64,000 nt of DNA from Longimicrobiales bacterium (GTDB taxonomy: Bacteria; Gemmatimonadota; Gemmatimonadetes; Longimicrobiales; Gaopeijiaceae). The position numbers were made by a program, and so were the translations under genes. A model generated the notes under the pieces. That model was not told where the DNA came from. It ran no database searches and worked only from the letters and a program-made list of their open reading frames with translations. Numbering within the stretch: the first letter of the stretch is position 1; each line of letters starts with the position of its first letter. Of the stretch, positions 1 through 9,940 are shown one piece after another. Location: NCBI GenBank assembly GCA_965219445.1, contig CBDCNQ010000005.1, positions 1,248,001-1,312,000 of the forward strand, given 5' to 3'.

Positions 1-231
1 TCTCCCGCTCTTCGTCCATCGTCTTCTCTCTGCACCCCTATTCAGTCCGGCCGAACCCCGGTTCACGCTCCTCTTCCCTTCCATCCGCCCTACACTTCGC
101 CTTTGCTGGCCGGAGGATCGATGCACCTTACTCTGCTCGGGCCATGCACCGCCAGGCGCCTCGTTGTACGATTCCTGGACTCGAAGGCTCCATACAGGGG
201 ACCGACGAGGCCCGTCCGACCCAGAGGTCCG

Positions 232-1521
232 ATGCGTTCAACGTCGCCTGAGCCCCTTCCGCCGATCCTCAATAGCCGCCCCGATTGGGCATCGGGTGTG
301 GCCTCGGCAGCGGGTCGAAAGGAGCTCAGGGTCGTTTGGATGGCGGCCGCGATTATGAACACGCTCGGCTTACCAGTGGGCTGGATGACGCTCTTTGGAG
401 ACCGGGACTTCCCGGTGTACGTCCAGGTGGCGCTTCCCGCATTCACTCTAGTGGGCCTCCATACTCTCTTCGTTGCGGTGAGGGATTCCTTCCGTTGGCG
501 CCGCTTCGGTCGTCTCGAAATGACGCTCGATCCGCTCCCGGGCTCGATCGGGGGGCACGTGGGCGGATCGCTCGAGCTTCCGATTCATCAGGCAGCGCCT
601 TCGGATTTCCGGGTCATGCTGCTGTGCCTTCGCGATCGGCTTGTGAAAACGCATGACGGCTCCGGCCGTAGCGAATCGGTGGAGTGGGGGAAGGAAACGC
701 TCGCGGAGCTAGGGCGCTCCGGAAGGGGCGTCCGGCTCCGATATACGTTCGAGGTTCCAGAGGGGTTGCCTCCCTCCGAAGAACCATCGGACGACTACCA
801 CAAGTGGGTCGTTCGGGTCCAGGCCGACGTACCCGGGGCGGATCTCGACCAGGTGTTCGAGGTTCCGGTGCTTCTCATGGACCCGCCGATAGAGGCTCGC
901 GAGCCAGCGTTGTCGGAGGCCACGGCCGCGGACGTCCCGACGTTGTCGCCCCGGGTCGTGCGAGTGCACCGGAGCCGCGGGGGAGTGACTCTCTCCTTCC
1001 CAGCGGGTCGAGGGGGCATTGGCGGGCTCATGATTCTGAGTTTCGGTGCCGTGTTCGCGGGCGGAGGCGTGTTCGCTCTCGTTAGCACCACCGAAGTCGG
1101 GGCTGGAGGGCTGATCGGTGCGGTTGCGGTGGGGTTCGGGGGTTTCTTTCTCCTGGTCTTTGGAGGCAGTGGCGCACTGATGATGTTCCTGGGCCTTTAC
1201 TCCCTGCTCAACTCCTTGGTCGTTGAAATCCGGAACGGTAAGGTGGTCAGCCGGAGGAGCTTCTTTCTCTCGTTCAAGCGGATTGCCCGTCTTGAGGAGG
1301 TTGAAAAGATCGAAATGCACGTACACAGCCGTGTTGGACAGGGAGCCAAGTCGTTGTCTCACATGAGAATTCGGGGGTTTCTTCGCGGGGGGAGGCGCAT
1401 TCCGCTCGGTGATGACATACCTTTGGGCCGGCAGTCGGAGATCCTTGCCGCCCTGCTCGAGGAGACGACAGGGATTCCGGTAGAGACCGTGAAACCCTCT
1501 AGACCGAGGCTACGCTCATGA
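232..1521 (+). CDS. Hypothetical integral membrane protein
   Basis: Long ORF with about four hydrophobic segments and a soluble beta-rich middle part. ATG 232 preferred over TTG 103. Stop overlaps the next start (ATGA). Confidence 0.6.
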   Translation: MRSTSPEPLPPILNSRPDWASGVASAAGRKELRVVWMAAAIMNTLGLPVGWMTLFGDRDFPVYVQVALPAFTLVGLHTLFVAVRDSFRWRRFGRLEMTLDPLPGSIGGHVGGSLELPIHQAAPSDFRVMLLCLRDRLVKTHDGSGRSESVEWGKETLAELGRSGRGVRLRYTFEVPEGLPPSEEPSDDYHKWVVRVQADVPGADLDQVFEVPVLLMDPPIEAREPALSEATAADVPTLSPRVVRVHRSRGGVTLSFPAGRGGIGGLMILSFGAVFAGGGVFALVSTTEVGAGGLIGAVAVGFGGFFLLVFGGSGALMMFLGLYSLLNSLVVEIRNGKVVSRRSFFLSFKRIARLEEVEKIEMHVHSRVGQGAKSLSHMRIRGFLRGGRRIPLGDDIPLGRQSEILAALLEETTGIPVETVKPSRPRLRS

Positions 1522-2840
1522 TTAAGAAACGGAAGCTCCTCTCGCCCCTGCTCATGGGCTCGATCTTTGCGGGCCTCGCTGTGGGTCTCGTCGTGGATCT
1601 CGTACTGCCTGGGATGGTGTCGGCGGCCCAGGCAACGGGGTCTGGCGACGTGACGGCACTCGTCGGTGCCCGCATCTGGGACGGAACGGGTGCCCCGGCC
1701 ATCCCGGATGGCATCATGCTCGTTCGCGATGGGCGCATCATGTACGTCGGGGCGCGTGGGGCCGTGCCGGTCCCGCGTGGCGCCACGGTCGTGAATCTCA
1801 ACGGCCGAACGATCATTCCGGGTCTGATCAACACGCACGGACATGTCAGTGACGTGGTGGGGTTGGAGGGCGGACAGTACAACACCCGCAATCTGATTCG
1901 CCAACTCCGGCTCTACGGGGAGTACGGAGTCACCACCGTGACCAGCTTGGGTGGGGACGGACCGGAGGCCATCGCACTCCGGGACGCGCAGTCGATGCCT
2001 GGTTTGGACCGGGCTCGGATCTTCGTCGCCGGCGCTGTGGTGTCCGGCGCCACCGTCTCGGAGGCACTCGCCCAGGTCCAGCAGAATGCCGATATGAATG
2101 TCGACTGGATGAAACTTCGTGTGGACGACAACCTGGGCAGATCCCAGAAGATGTCTCCGGAGATCTACTCGGCCATTATCGACCGCAGCCACGAACTCGG
2201 CCTGCGGCTGGCTTCCCACCTCTTTTACCTGGACGACGCCAAGGCGCTCATGAGGGCGGGCACCGACTTCATCGCGCACAGCGTCCGCGACAGGAGTGTC
2301 GACGACGAATTCCTGGGGATGGTCGCCCAGAGCGGTATCTGCTACACGCCGACGCTGACCCGGGAAGTCTCCACCTACGTCTATGAAACTCGCCCAGAAT
2401 TTTTCGACGATCCCTTCTTCCTTGCGCATGCCGACCCCGCGGTGCTTGACCAACTCCAGGAGCCGGATCAGCAGGCGAGATTTGCCAGGGGGCAGCCGTA
2501 CAAGGAAGCGCTCCAGGTGGCCTTGAGGAATCTCAAGACGATCTCGGACGCCGGTTTGCCGGTCGTGATGGGAACCGACACAGGGCCGGCGGCACGGTTC
2601 CAGGGTTATTTCGAGCACATGGAGCTCGATCTCATGGCCGAGGCGGGCCTCACACCGGAGCAGGTCCTCCGGTCGGCGACCGGCGTGGCCGCCGAGTGTC
2701 TACGCCTGGACGACGAGATCGGAACGCTGCGCCCCAATCGGTGGGCCGACTTTGTGGTTCTGACGGAGAATCCCTTGGTGGACATTCGGAACGCCCACAG
2801 TATCGAGTCGGTGTGGATTGGGGGGGAGGTGCTGCGGTAA
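1518..2840 (+). CDS. Secreted metal-dependent amidohydrolase family protein
   Basis: Signal-like N-terminus, PGLINTHGH metal motif, GTD motif, IGTLRPNRWADFVVL C-terminal motif. Confidence 0.85.
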   Translation: MIKKRKLLSPLLMGSIFAGLAVGLVVDLVLPGMVSAAQATGSGDVTALVGARIWDGTGAPAIPDGIMLVRDGRIMYVGARGAVPVPRGATVVNLNGRTIIPGLINTHGHVSDVVGLEGGQYNTRNLIRQLRLYGEYGVTTVTSLGGDGPEAIALRDAQSMPGLDRARIFVAGAVVSGATVSEALAQVQQNADMNVDWMKLRVDDNLGRSQKMSPEIYSAIIDRSHELGLRLASHLFYLDDAKALMRAGTDFIAHSVRDRSVDDEFLGMVAQSGICYTPTLTREVSTYVYETRPEFFDDPFFLAHADPAVLDQLQEPDQQARFARGQPYKEALQVALRNLKTISDAGLPVVMGTDTGPAARFQGYFEHMELDLMAEAGLTPEQVLRSATGVAAECLRLDDEIGTLRPNRWADFVVLTENPLVDIRNAHSIESVWIGGEVLR

Positions 2841-2880
2841 TTGGGTATGGGCTGGACTGGCGGACCAGAGTGAGGACCAC

Positions 2881-4611
2881 TCAGAGCGTTCGCCCGCCCA
2901 CATCGATCAGCCGCACGACCCTCTCGAATTCCGGTACGGATCGCACGGGGTCCCACATGGGGTCTGTGGGAAGCCAGATCAGGGACGGGGAAGGGATGCT
3001 TATTGCCCGCCGGAGGGACTCGGCGGCTCCGGCTCGGTCTCCGAGAGTCAACTGGAGGAAGGCCAGGTTGTAGGGCGCGTCCGGGTTGCGGGCCTCCGAA
3101 GGACCGAGAGCCCGGCGCAACGTCCGGGCCAGTTGATTTCCGCGCGCCTGGGCCGCTCCGGTGGCGGGCGTGCGAAGGTTGGCCCTCCAGACCTGCACGT
3201 AGGGATCCCGGTTCGCCGCGCTTGAACCCTCGAGAGTCATCCTTGCCTGCTGGCGTTCGCCAAGGGCCTCAAGAGTACGCGCTAGATGGACCCGGACACG
3301 GTCATCCGTGGGGTCGAGGCGAAGCGCCTCGGCCAAGACCACCCGTGCCTGTGTGTAGCTCCGAGCCCGAAAGAGAGCCAAGCCTCGGGCCCTGACGTTG
3401 GCCACTGCGCCCGGCTCGTTGCGTGAGGCCATGTCCACCTGCGTGAGGGCTTCGTCGTGGCGTCCACGAGCCGAGAGAAATTCGGCCAAGGCTCGGTGGA
3501 CGGTGGGGGTTGGAGCTATCTCGAGCGCCCTCTCGAACTCCTTTTCCGCCCCCTCCCAATCCCACTGGAAGGTGCCCAGGAGGGATGCCAGCACGGCGTG
3601 CGCCTGGGCCAGATCGGGGTCGTGACGTAGGGCATCCTCCAGATGTCCTCGCGCAAGAGGTAGTAGCTCGCCGAGTCGGCGAGCATCGGTCTTGCCGAGC
3701 CCGATCTGTGCTTCCGCGAGTCCCAGATGGGCACGGGCGTCGTCGGGTGCCAACGCGATGGTTTGCGCGAAGATCTCCGCTGCCCTGGCCACGCCGCCTG
3801 GGGTACCCAGCGATAACTGGTAGCGTCCCTCCTGCAGTAGGTCGTTGGCCTCCGGATCGATGGTTGGGGTCGAAACGGTGGGGGTACCGGGTTCGAGCGG
3901 TGGAGTATCGGCACCTGGGATCCCAAACGCCGTCCAAACCGCCAGCGCGGTGAACGTGAGGATTCCCACCCCCAAACCGACTGCGATCGGCCGCACGGAG
4001 TGAGGGGGGTGGGTGGTCTGGGCTGGAGCTGCAGGGGTCGCCGCTTCCCGTAGCAGGCTCCGGGTGAGCTCCGCTGTGGGCTCGGCATCGTAGACCAGGA
4101 GCGGATCGTCGTACCCCTTCACCATGCGCGAGCCGAGCTCTGTCAGAATCAAATCAGGGCGGCTTCGAAGTTGCCGGTAGACGTCTTCGCTGACCAGGAG
4201 CCTTCCGGGCTCGGCCAGACCCTCGAGTCGTGCGGCCTTGTTCACGCCATCGCCATAGATGTCGCCGTCCGCGGCTACGGTGACATCGCCAAGGTGCATT
4301 CCGAGCCGAAGCTGGTGTGGTCCCTGCGGCCAGCCCTCCGTGAGTTGACCAAATCGGAGTAGGAGCTGCATCCTACCGACGGCCCCGCCCTTGGCACTCG
4401 TGAATTCCGCCAGGACGCCATCGCCCATGAACTTGACGATCTTGCCCTCGTGACTCTCCACCGCCGCGGTCGCGGCCGCCTGCAGGGTCTCCACGAGACG
4501 GAGCGCCAAGGTCTCGTTTTCCGCGGCTAGGCGAGTAAACCCGACGATATCGGCGAACCAGACCGCCGCGAGACGGCGGGATCCGGAGCCTTTTTCCTGG
4601 GGAGTGTTCAT
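2881..4611 (-). CDS. Class III adenylate cyclase with TM helix and TPR region
   Basis: FADIVGFT, IVKFMGDG, RLGMHLGDV and DIYGDGVNKAARLE motifs, then a TM segment and TPR-like helices. Confidence 0.88.
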   Translation of the reverse strand: MNTPQEKGSGSRRLAAVWFADIVGFTRLAAENETLALRLVETLQAAATAAVESHEGKIVKFMGDGVLAEFTSAKGGAVGRMQLLLRFGQLTEGWPQGPHQLRLGMHLGDVTVAADGDIYGDGVNKAARLEGLAEPGRLLVSEDVYRQLRSRPDLILTELGSRMVKGYDDPLLVYDAEPTAELTRSLLREAATPAAPAQTTHPPHSVRPIAVGLGVGILTFTALAVWTAFGIPGADTPPLEPGTPTVSTPTIDPEANDLLQEGRYQLSLGTPGGVARAAEIFAQTIALAPDDARAHLGLAEAQIGLGKTDARRLGELLPLARGHLEDALRHDPDLAQAHAVLASLLGTFQWDWEGAEKEFERALEIAPTPTVHRALAEFLSARGRHDEALTQVDMASRNEPGAVANVRARGLALFRARSYTQARVVLAEALRLDPTDDRVRVHLARTLEALGERQQARMTLEGSSAANRDPYVQVWRANLRTPATGAAQARGNQLARTLRRALGPSEARNPDAPYNLAFLQLTLGDRAGAAESLRRAISIPSPSLIWLPTDPMWDPVRSVPEFERVVRLIDVGGRTL

Positions 4612-4939
4612 GGTGGGAGTACGTCGTCCCTCACAATGTCTATGCGGCATCTATACGGCCGCGGGCTCTTCGTATTATCAAGCCTACTTTTGAAGAATTG
4701 CCCTCGTGCCCGTCAGTGTCCACAAATACCGTTTGGCGCGGTTGGCTGGGTCCAACGGTTCCATGCCCGAGGACTCCGTACGCGTTCCCGCGGGAACGTC
4801 GACGCGCAACGGCAGTGATGCAGCGACACGGGCAGACCGAAGCCTTGCGGCCCGGGACGGCTTTGAATCTATTCCGGCCCATCGCCTTCGGCGGGTCGGT
4901 TGTTCGGGCCCGCCGGACCCGTATTTTCAGCCCAGGCTC

Positions 4940-6988
4940 ATGGAAACGAAGCGTCCCACGAACCCGGCCGCCGAGGAAATTCTCGGGGGATATTTTCCAG
5001 TTCTGGACCACGGGTTCGTCTCGCTCGTGGACTACATGGGCTCCGACGAGGACGTAGAGCGCGCGGCCCGGGTCAGCTATGGGTACGGCACGCGCAAGGT
5101 GAGCCAGACACGCGGGCTCATTCGCTACCTGCGGCGCCACCATCACACGACGCCCAGCGAGATGGTCGAGCTCAAGTTCCACTGTGCTATGCCGATGTTC
5201 GTCGCGCGCCAGTGGATTCGGCATAGAACGGCCTGCCTCGCCGAGGGGACCGAGATCTATTTCGACCTTCCCGGAGGTATCCGACGGCGGGGGAATCAAC
5301 TGTACAAGCTGTCGATCGAGGAAGTGTGGGAACGATTTCAAGCGACCGTCAATCGCCACCGTCCCGACAAGCAGAGGAATCCGTATTTCAAGCGTGATCG
5401 CGTGAAGGAAATGCGACTGCGCCAAATGGATGAGGAGACGGGACGCATCAACCGCACGCAGGTCGTGGATGTCTTAAAGAATGGCCCTAAGCCCGTGTTC
5501 CGGATGGTGCTGGCCGACGGGAAGGAGATCACGGCTACTGCGGACCACCGCTTCAGATTCGCTGAGGGATGGAGGACGCTTCATCAGGCCACCTGTCTCG
5601 AGGAACGAGGTGGTCGGGCGGCATGGCGGAGCGGAGACTACTACATCCACGTGAATGGCTTCGTTGCAGAGGCTCCGGCACTGTATCAAGACAAGGAGTG
5701 GCTCAGGCGACAGTATGGCGAGCAAGGGCGGGACATCCGAGACATCGCGGAAGATTGCGGTGTCTCGTACCACACGATAAGGAAGTGGCTCACCCGCCAC
5801 GAGCTCACCGAGCCGGGTCGTGGCTGCTTCTCCGACGGCCATTCTTCCTGGAAACGTGACCTCACCTATGAGCTCGGGCCCAGCTCCGAACGGAGCGCCA
5901 TAGGACGATGGACCACCCAGGTCGCCCACAGGGTCCACGCCGAAAATGGTTGGACCTGTCAGCTGTGTGGTCAGAGGGCAGCTGAACTCCACTGCCATCA
6001 CATCGTCCCGGTCTGGGCCGACGAATCGAAGGCCAGGGAACTGCAAAACCTCACGACCCTTTGTGGGCCGTGCCACCGCAGCGTAGCAGGGAATGAATTG
6101 GATTACGTCGAGCGGCTCGGTGGAGGCCCGATCCGGACAGAGTGGCGAAAGCGGCCGCGAGTGCCGTGGAACAAGCTGACCTGCACTCGTTTGGTCCGCG
6201 TCGAGCGTTTTGAATATGTGGGAGTCCGCGAGACCTACGACCTGGAGGTCGAGGGTCCGTTCCACAACTTCATCGCCAACGGCATCGTCACTCACAACTC
6301 CGTGAATGAGTACAGCGGCCGTTATTCGTTGATGCCGCTCCTCTTCTATAAGCCGGACCAGGACCACTTCGCCCTTCAAAGCCCCGACAATCAACAGGGT
6401 CGGCGGCCCGAGGCCGCCTCGCAGGAGTTGTACCGCGAGGCGGTGGAGCACTGGGACCGCGTGCGTGACGAAGCGTCCGGCGGGTACCGATGGATGGTCG
6501 AGGAGGAAGTGGCGCGCGAACTGGCCCGCATCGACCTGCCCCTTTCCACCTACACGCAGTGGTATTGGAAAATCGATCTCCACAACCTCTTCCACTTCCT
6601 TACGCTGCGGGCGGACCCGCACGCGCAGTGGGAGATACAGGAGTTTGCACGAGTGATGGCGGGCATGCTCAAGAGGGTGGCCCCCCTCGGCTACGAGGCG
6701 TGGATCGACTACAATGTCCGCGCACACCCCATGAGCCGCGGGGAAATGGACGTTCTGCGGCACTTGTTGGAGGCCGATGCGGAGGGCGTCGGGCCTAGGG
6801 AGGGAGGCGAGAGCTTGGCTTTGAAGGATTTTCGAGAGTTCGGTCTATCCGGACGTGAGGCCCGCGAGTTCGTCGAGAAGCTCCAGCCTACGGACGTCCC
6901 CGATTACGAACTCGACCTGACACTCATGCGGCGAGCCGAAGACATGGCCGCCGAACTGGAGGCGGCGGTTCCTGGTTCATTCGAATAG
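4940..6988 (+). CDS. thyX: FAD-dependent thymidylate synthase ThyX, intein-containing
   Basis: AARVSYG, HTTPSEM, RQWIRHRTA/SVNEYSGRY (signature split by the intein), ARELARIDLP, LRADPHAQWEI. Confidence 0.95.
   Translation: METKRPTNPAAEEILGGYFPVLDHGFVSLVDYMGSDEDVERAARVSYGYGTRKVSQTRGLIRYLRRHHHTTPSEMVELKFHCAMPMFVARQWIRHRTACLAEGTEIYFDLPGGIRRRGNQLYKLSIEEVWERFQATVNRHRPDKQRNPYFKRDRVKEMRLRQMDEETGRINRTQVVDVLKNGPKPVFRMVLADGKEITATADHRFRFAEGWRTLHQATCLEERGGRAAWRSGDYYIHVNGFVAEAPALYQDKEWLRRQYGEQGRDIRDIAEDCGVSYHTIRKWLTRHELTEPGRGCFSDGHSSWKRDLTYELGPSSERSAIGRWTTQVAHRVHAENGWTCQLCGQRAAELHCHHIVPVWADESKARELQNLTTLCGPCHRSVAGNELDYVERLGGGPIRTEWRKRPRVPWNKLTCTRLVRVERFEYVGVRETYDLEVEGPFHNFIANGIVTHNSVNEYSGRYSLMPLLFYKPDQDHFALQSPDNQQGRRPEAASQELYREAVEHWDRVRDEASGGYRWMVEEEVARELARIDLPLSTYTQWYWKIDLHNLFHFLTLRADPHAQWEIQEFARVMAGMLKRVAPLGYEAWIDYNVRAHPMSRGEMDVLRHLLEADAEGVGPREGGESLALKDFREFGLSGREAREFVEKLQPTDVPDYELDLTLMRRAEDMAAELEAAVPGSFE
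5234..6298 (+). mobile_element. Intein (355 aa) with HTH and HNH homing endonuclease domains
   Basis: Starts CLAEGT, has block B TADHRF, ends YDLEVEGPFHNFIANGIVTHN followed by Ser+1. Internal CQLC..HCHH..NLTTLCGPCH HNH motif. Confidence 0.93.
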
Positions 6989-7862
6989 TCGGTTTGGTGG
7001 CCGAGCGGCGCTGGTCTGGCCGTGGCTGCGCTTTGCTTGCCTGGTCCTTCTGCCCCCGGCTCCGGCCGCGGCGCAGCTCGAGACCCCATGGTTCCCGGAG
7101 GTCGAGCCGTTTTCGCCCCTCATCGCGACTCCACGTGAGGTTCAAGTGCGGGCCTCGTTCGTCCATGCGGAACGCCCCGGAGTCGGATACGCGGGACGCA
7201 ACATCGAAGCGGAGATGGCGATCGGCCACCGTCTCGCCCTGCTGCGGCTCGACGATGGAATGTTGACAGGCCGGGAAATCACTCTCGGAATCGAAATGGG
7301 GATCTTTTCCCGCTTCTTCATGGAAGCGGCCCAAAGGGACCTCATCAACAGTGACTTTCGCATAGGCTTCCCCCTCTCGATCCGGAGTGGTCCCTGGGAG
7401 TCCAGGGTCACGCTCCGCCATGTCAGTTCACATCTCGGGGATGATTACACCGTGCGTTTTTTCGCGGCGACCGTCGCGGGCGGCTTCAACCAAACTTCGA
7501 AGGACGGGTTCGAGGGGATCTTGGCTCGCAGGTTCGGAGAGAGCATACGCCTGTACGCAGGGGGTGATTTGAACTTCCACACCAATGAGGAGATGTCCCA
7601 GGCCAGAGCGCTATTCGGGGGGGAGTGGGAGCCGGTACAGCAAGGGGAGGACAACGGCAGCTGGCCCTTTTTCGCGAGCGACTTCGAGTACGGGAGCCTT
7701 TCCAAGCAGTTGGGGACCACTCTGGTCGGGGGTATAGGGTTCCGCGTGAGCGGACAACGCTTCCGGCTGGAAGCCAGGGCTCACTTCGGATCCACTCCAC
7801 TGGGCCATTTTCGAGGGTCGGACGAGACGTTTTGGGGTCTTGGCTTCTCGCTGGACCTATAA
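6972..7862 (+). CDS. DUF1207-like outer-membrane beta-barrel protein (start uncertain, probably CTG)
   Basis: FSPLIATPRE and HVSSHLGDD motifs, amphipathic C-terminal strand. The frame is open upstream of 7146 and includes a signal peptide ending AAAQ. Confidence 0.65.
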   Translation: MVHSNSRFGGRAALVWPWLRFACLVLLPPAPAAAQLETPWFPEVEPFSPLIATPREVQVRASFVHAERPGVGYAGRNIEAEMAIGHRLALLRLDDGMLTGREITLGIEMGIFSRFFMEAAQRDLINSDFRIGFPLSIRSGPWESRVTLRHVSSHLGDDYTVRFFAATVAGGFNQTSKDGFEGILARRFGESIRLYAGGDLNFHTNEEMSQARALFGGEWEPVQQGEDNGSWPFFASDFEYGSLSKQLGTTLVGGIGFRVSGQRFRLEARAHFGSTPLGHFRGSDETFWGLGFSLDL

Positions 7863-7917
7863 GGCCTGTTGAAGAGGTACGGTGGATCGCGCGACTCCAA
7901 TCAACAGACCTTATAGG
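7856..7917. repeat. 17-bp inverted repeat (1 mismatch), MITE-like or terminator hairpin
   Basis: CCTATAAGGCCTGTTGA at 7856-7872 and TCAACAGACCTTATAGG at 7901-7917. Confidence 0.7.
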
Positions 7918-7934
7918 ATCTCCGGGGGCTGACG

Positions 7935-8471
7935 ATGGAAGATTCTGTTCGAATCGAGGACCAGCGGGCCGGGGCACGCCGGACTCTGACGACCCTCCTG
8001 ATCACTGTCTCCGCACTCTTCGTTGGTTCGGTCCTGTTCATGGTGGTGCGAGGTGACCAAGGTGCTCCCGCGGGAAGGCCGGTCTTGGCCGTGCTTCCTT
8101 TCCTAGGGCCAAACCCGGAGGCTGGAACGAGTCCGTACGCAGGGTTCGGTGAGGGGCTGGCGGCCTATTTCGGTCGTGCCGACCCAAATGTCCTGGGTGT
8201 GTTCGGACCGGCGAGTACTTCCCAGTACGTCGAGGCCGAGGCTGACCCTCTAGCCGTGGGGCGGACGCTTGGGGCCGACATGGTTCTGGTCGGGCGTGAG
8301 GTTCCCGGGGGCTTTCCCGCTACGCTCGTGGTGGAGTTGTTCCGTGTCGATGATGGTACCACCCTCTGGCGAGGCGACTACGAGGTCGGCTCCGACGTGG
8401 ATGGGGACAGAAGATCGTTGTTGATCCGGGTGGCAACGGACGTGACCGAGGCTCTGGATCTTCCCCGCTGA
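7935..8471 (+). CDS. Membrane-anchored TolB-N-terminal-like domain protein
   Basis: One TM helix then LAVLPF...GRTLGADMVLVG...VELFRVDDGTTLW, the domain type usually fused in cyclase/kinase-TPR proteins. Confidence 0.65.
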   Translation: MEDSVRIEDQRAGARRTLTTLLITVSALFVGSVLFMVVRGDQGAPAGRPVLAVLPFLGPNPEAGTSPYAGFGEGLAAYFGRADPNVLGVFGPASTSQYVEAEADPLAVGRTLGADMVLVGREVPGGFPATLVVELFRVDDGTTLWRGDYEVGSDVDGDRRSLLIRVATDVTEALDLPR

Positions 8472-8573
8472 GGTCTCCGGATCTTCCCCACTGAGGTGTA
8501 GGCGCTGCCGACCGGCGCGGGTCGCACCACGACCCGGCCGGACCGGCTCGGCGCCGACGATGTGGCGGGTAAA

Positions 8574-9242
8574 CTACAGATCGCCGCCGAAGAGCATTGG
8601 CGTGTCGGATTCGTACCCGAGGTGCTCGATGACGAGCACTACCCTCCGATTTTCCCAGCCGGCCTGCGGTCCGCCCTGCCCAGGTGCAACGAGACGGACT
8701 GCGTCCTCACCATAGCTTACGGCCCTGACATGCTCCGGTGAGAAGTTTTCGGACTCGATCAGGTATTGCTGAACCGCTTCGGCCCGACGCTGCCCGAGCG
8801 CGAGGTTGTACTGCGCGGATCCAGATGGATCCGTGAAACCCTCGACGGTCAGAAGAGCATCCGGGTAATACTCGTCCACCACACTGGCGAAGCGGTCGAG
8901 TACTGGGAGATCCTCGGGTCGCAGGTTCGCCTGGTCGAACTCGAAGTACACCGGCATGTCGAAGCGAACCGACGTTTCAAGCCTTTGTACGGTGACGTCG
9001 AACTCCCTTTCGAGCTGGGAAAGGCCTCTGGCGAGCCCGTCCAACTGGGCCTCCAACTGGGCCAACCGAGCTTGCGTTTGACGGTCCGAGTCGTCGCTGG
9101 ACTGCTCGATTTCCGCCCGGAGGGCTGCGACTTCCGCGTCGAACTGGTCCTGCCCTACATGTGCGCACGCCGCCGTGATGCCGGCGAACGTCAAAGCGGC
9201 CCCCCGGATGAGGCGTGGCCGTAAACTGATGCGCCTACCCAT
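8574..9242 (-). CDS. OmpA/Pal-family peptidoglycan-binding lipoprotein
   Basis: Lipobox-like TAAC, coiled coil, VYFEFD, EGFTD, YNLALGQRRA, NRRV. GGAGG upstream of ATG 9242. Confidence 0.9.
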   Translation of the reverse strand: MGRRISLRPRLIRGAALTFAGITAACAHVGQDQFDAEVAALRAEIEQSSDDSDRQTQARLAQLEAQLDGLARGLSQLEREFDVTVQRLETSVRFDMPVYFEFDQANLRPEDLPVLDRFASVVDEYYPDALLTVEGFTDPSGSAQYNLALGQRRAEAVQQYLIESENFSPEHVRAVSYGEDAVRLVAPGQGGPQAGWENRRVVLVIEHLGYESDTPMLFGGDL

Positions 9243-9350
9243 GTTCGATCCTCCCGTGATGAGATCCCATGCGGTAACCCGTGATTGGGTTTCAGTAGAT
9301 GCATGAAGGATGCCAGACTCCGAGGAGCCACACATTCGCGAGCCCGGCGC

Positions 9351-9473
9351 AGCAATCGCATCGCCATTCTGATCCCGTGCCACCGGGTGGTCGGGTCCGA
9401 CGGGAAGCTTACGGGCTACGGTGGCGGGCTGTGGCGGAAGCAGCGGCTACCGGAGATCGAAGGAGCCGGATAG
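9351..9473 (+). pseudogene. 3' remnant of methylated-DNA-protein-cysteine methyltransferase (Ogt/Ada)
   Basis: [32 protein letters not shown] with the PCHR active site; no recognisable N-terminal part. Confidence 0.8.
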
Positions 9474-9800
9474 CTGGTCGGTCTTGGCCGCCATGATGAA
9501 GTCGTTTCGATGGAGGCCACGGATCTTATGGGTCCACCAGGTCACGGTCACGCTCCCCCACTCCGTGAGGAGCGCTGGGTGATGGCCCTCCTCGTCCGCT
9601 AGGCTTCCGACGGAGTTCGTAAAGGCGAGCGCGGCGGCGAAGTCCTGGAAGCCGAAATCCCGCTCGAGGCGTTGAATGCCCTCTCGTTCCACGAGTGCCC
9701 AGTCAGGGACATGCTTGTGCAGCGTTTGACTTTCCTCGGCCGTGACTCGTGGGGCCCCGCGCTGGCAGGCCACACATTTCATGTGTTTCAGTTCGCCCAT
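9447..9800 (-). CDS. phhB: Pterin-4-alpha-carbinolamine dehydratase
   Basis: EEGHHP and [21 protein letters not shown] motifs. Confidence 0.93.
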   Translation of the reverse strand: MGELKHMKCVACQRGAPRVTAEESQTLHKHVPDWALVEREGIQRLERDFGFQDFAAALAFTNSVGSLADEEGHHPALLTEWGSVTVTWWTHKIRGLHRNDFIMAAKTDQLSGSFDLR

Positions 9801-9940
9801 ATCAGACTCACCCTGGAAGGCTGTTGAACAACACAGCGGGCCGTCGAGGCTCTGTACGATCACGAGAAGAAATATACCCTCGACATAGCTTTTTGGACGC
9901 GGTCCGTTGCACGGTCACTCGTCAGTGTCGATCTTGCCGG

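Noticed and set aside
4706..4939. Upstream ORF extensions of thyX (also PTPS 49383, cutA 54934, phhB 9863)
   Set aside because: Family similarity starts only at the downstream start codons chosen.
8456..8497. 19-bp near-duplicate GGATCTTCCCC(G/A)CTGAGGT at a stop codon as an att site
   Set aside because: The copies are adjacent with nothing between them and no integrase is present; a local duplication is simpler.
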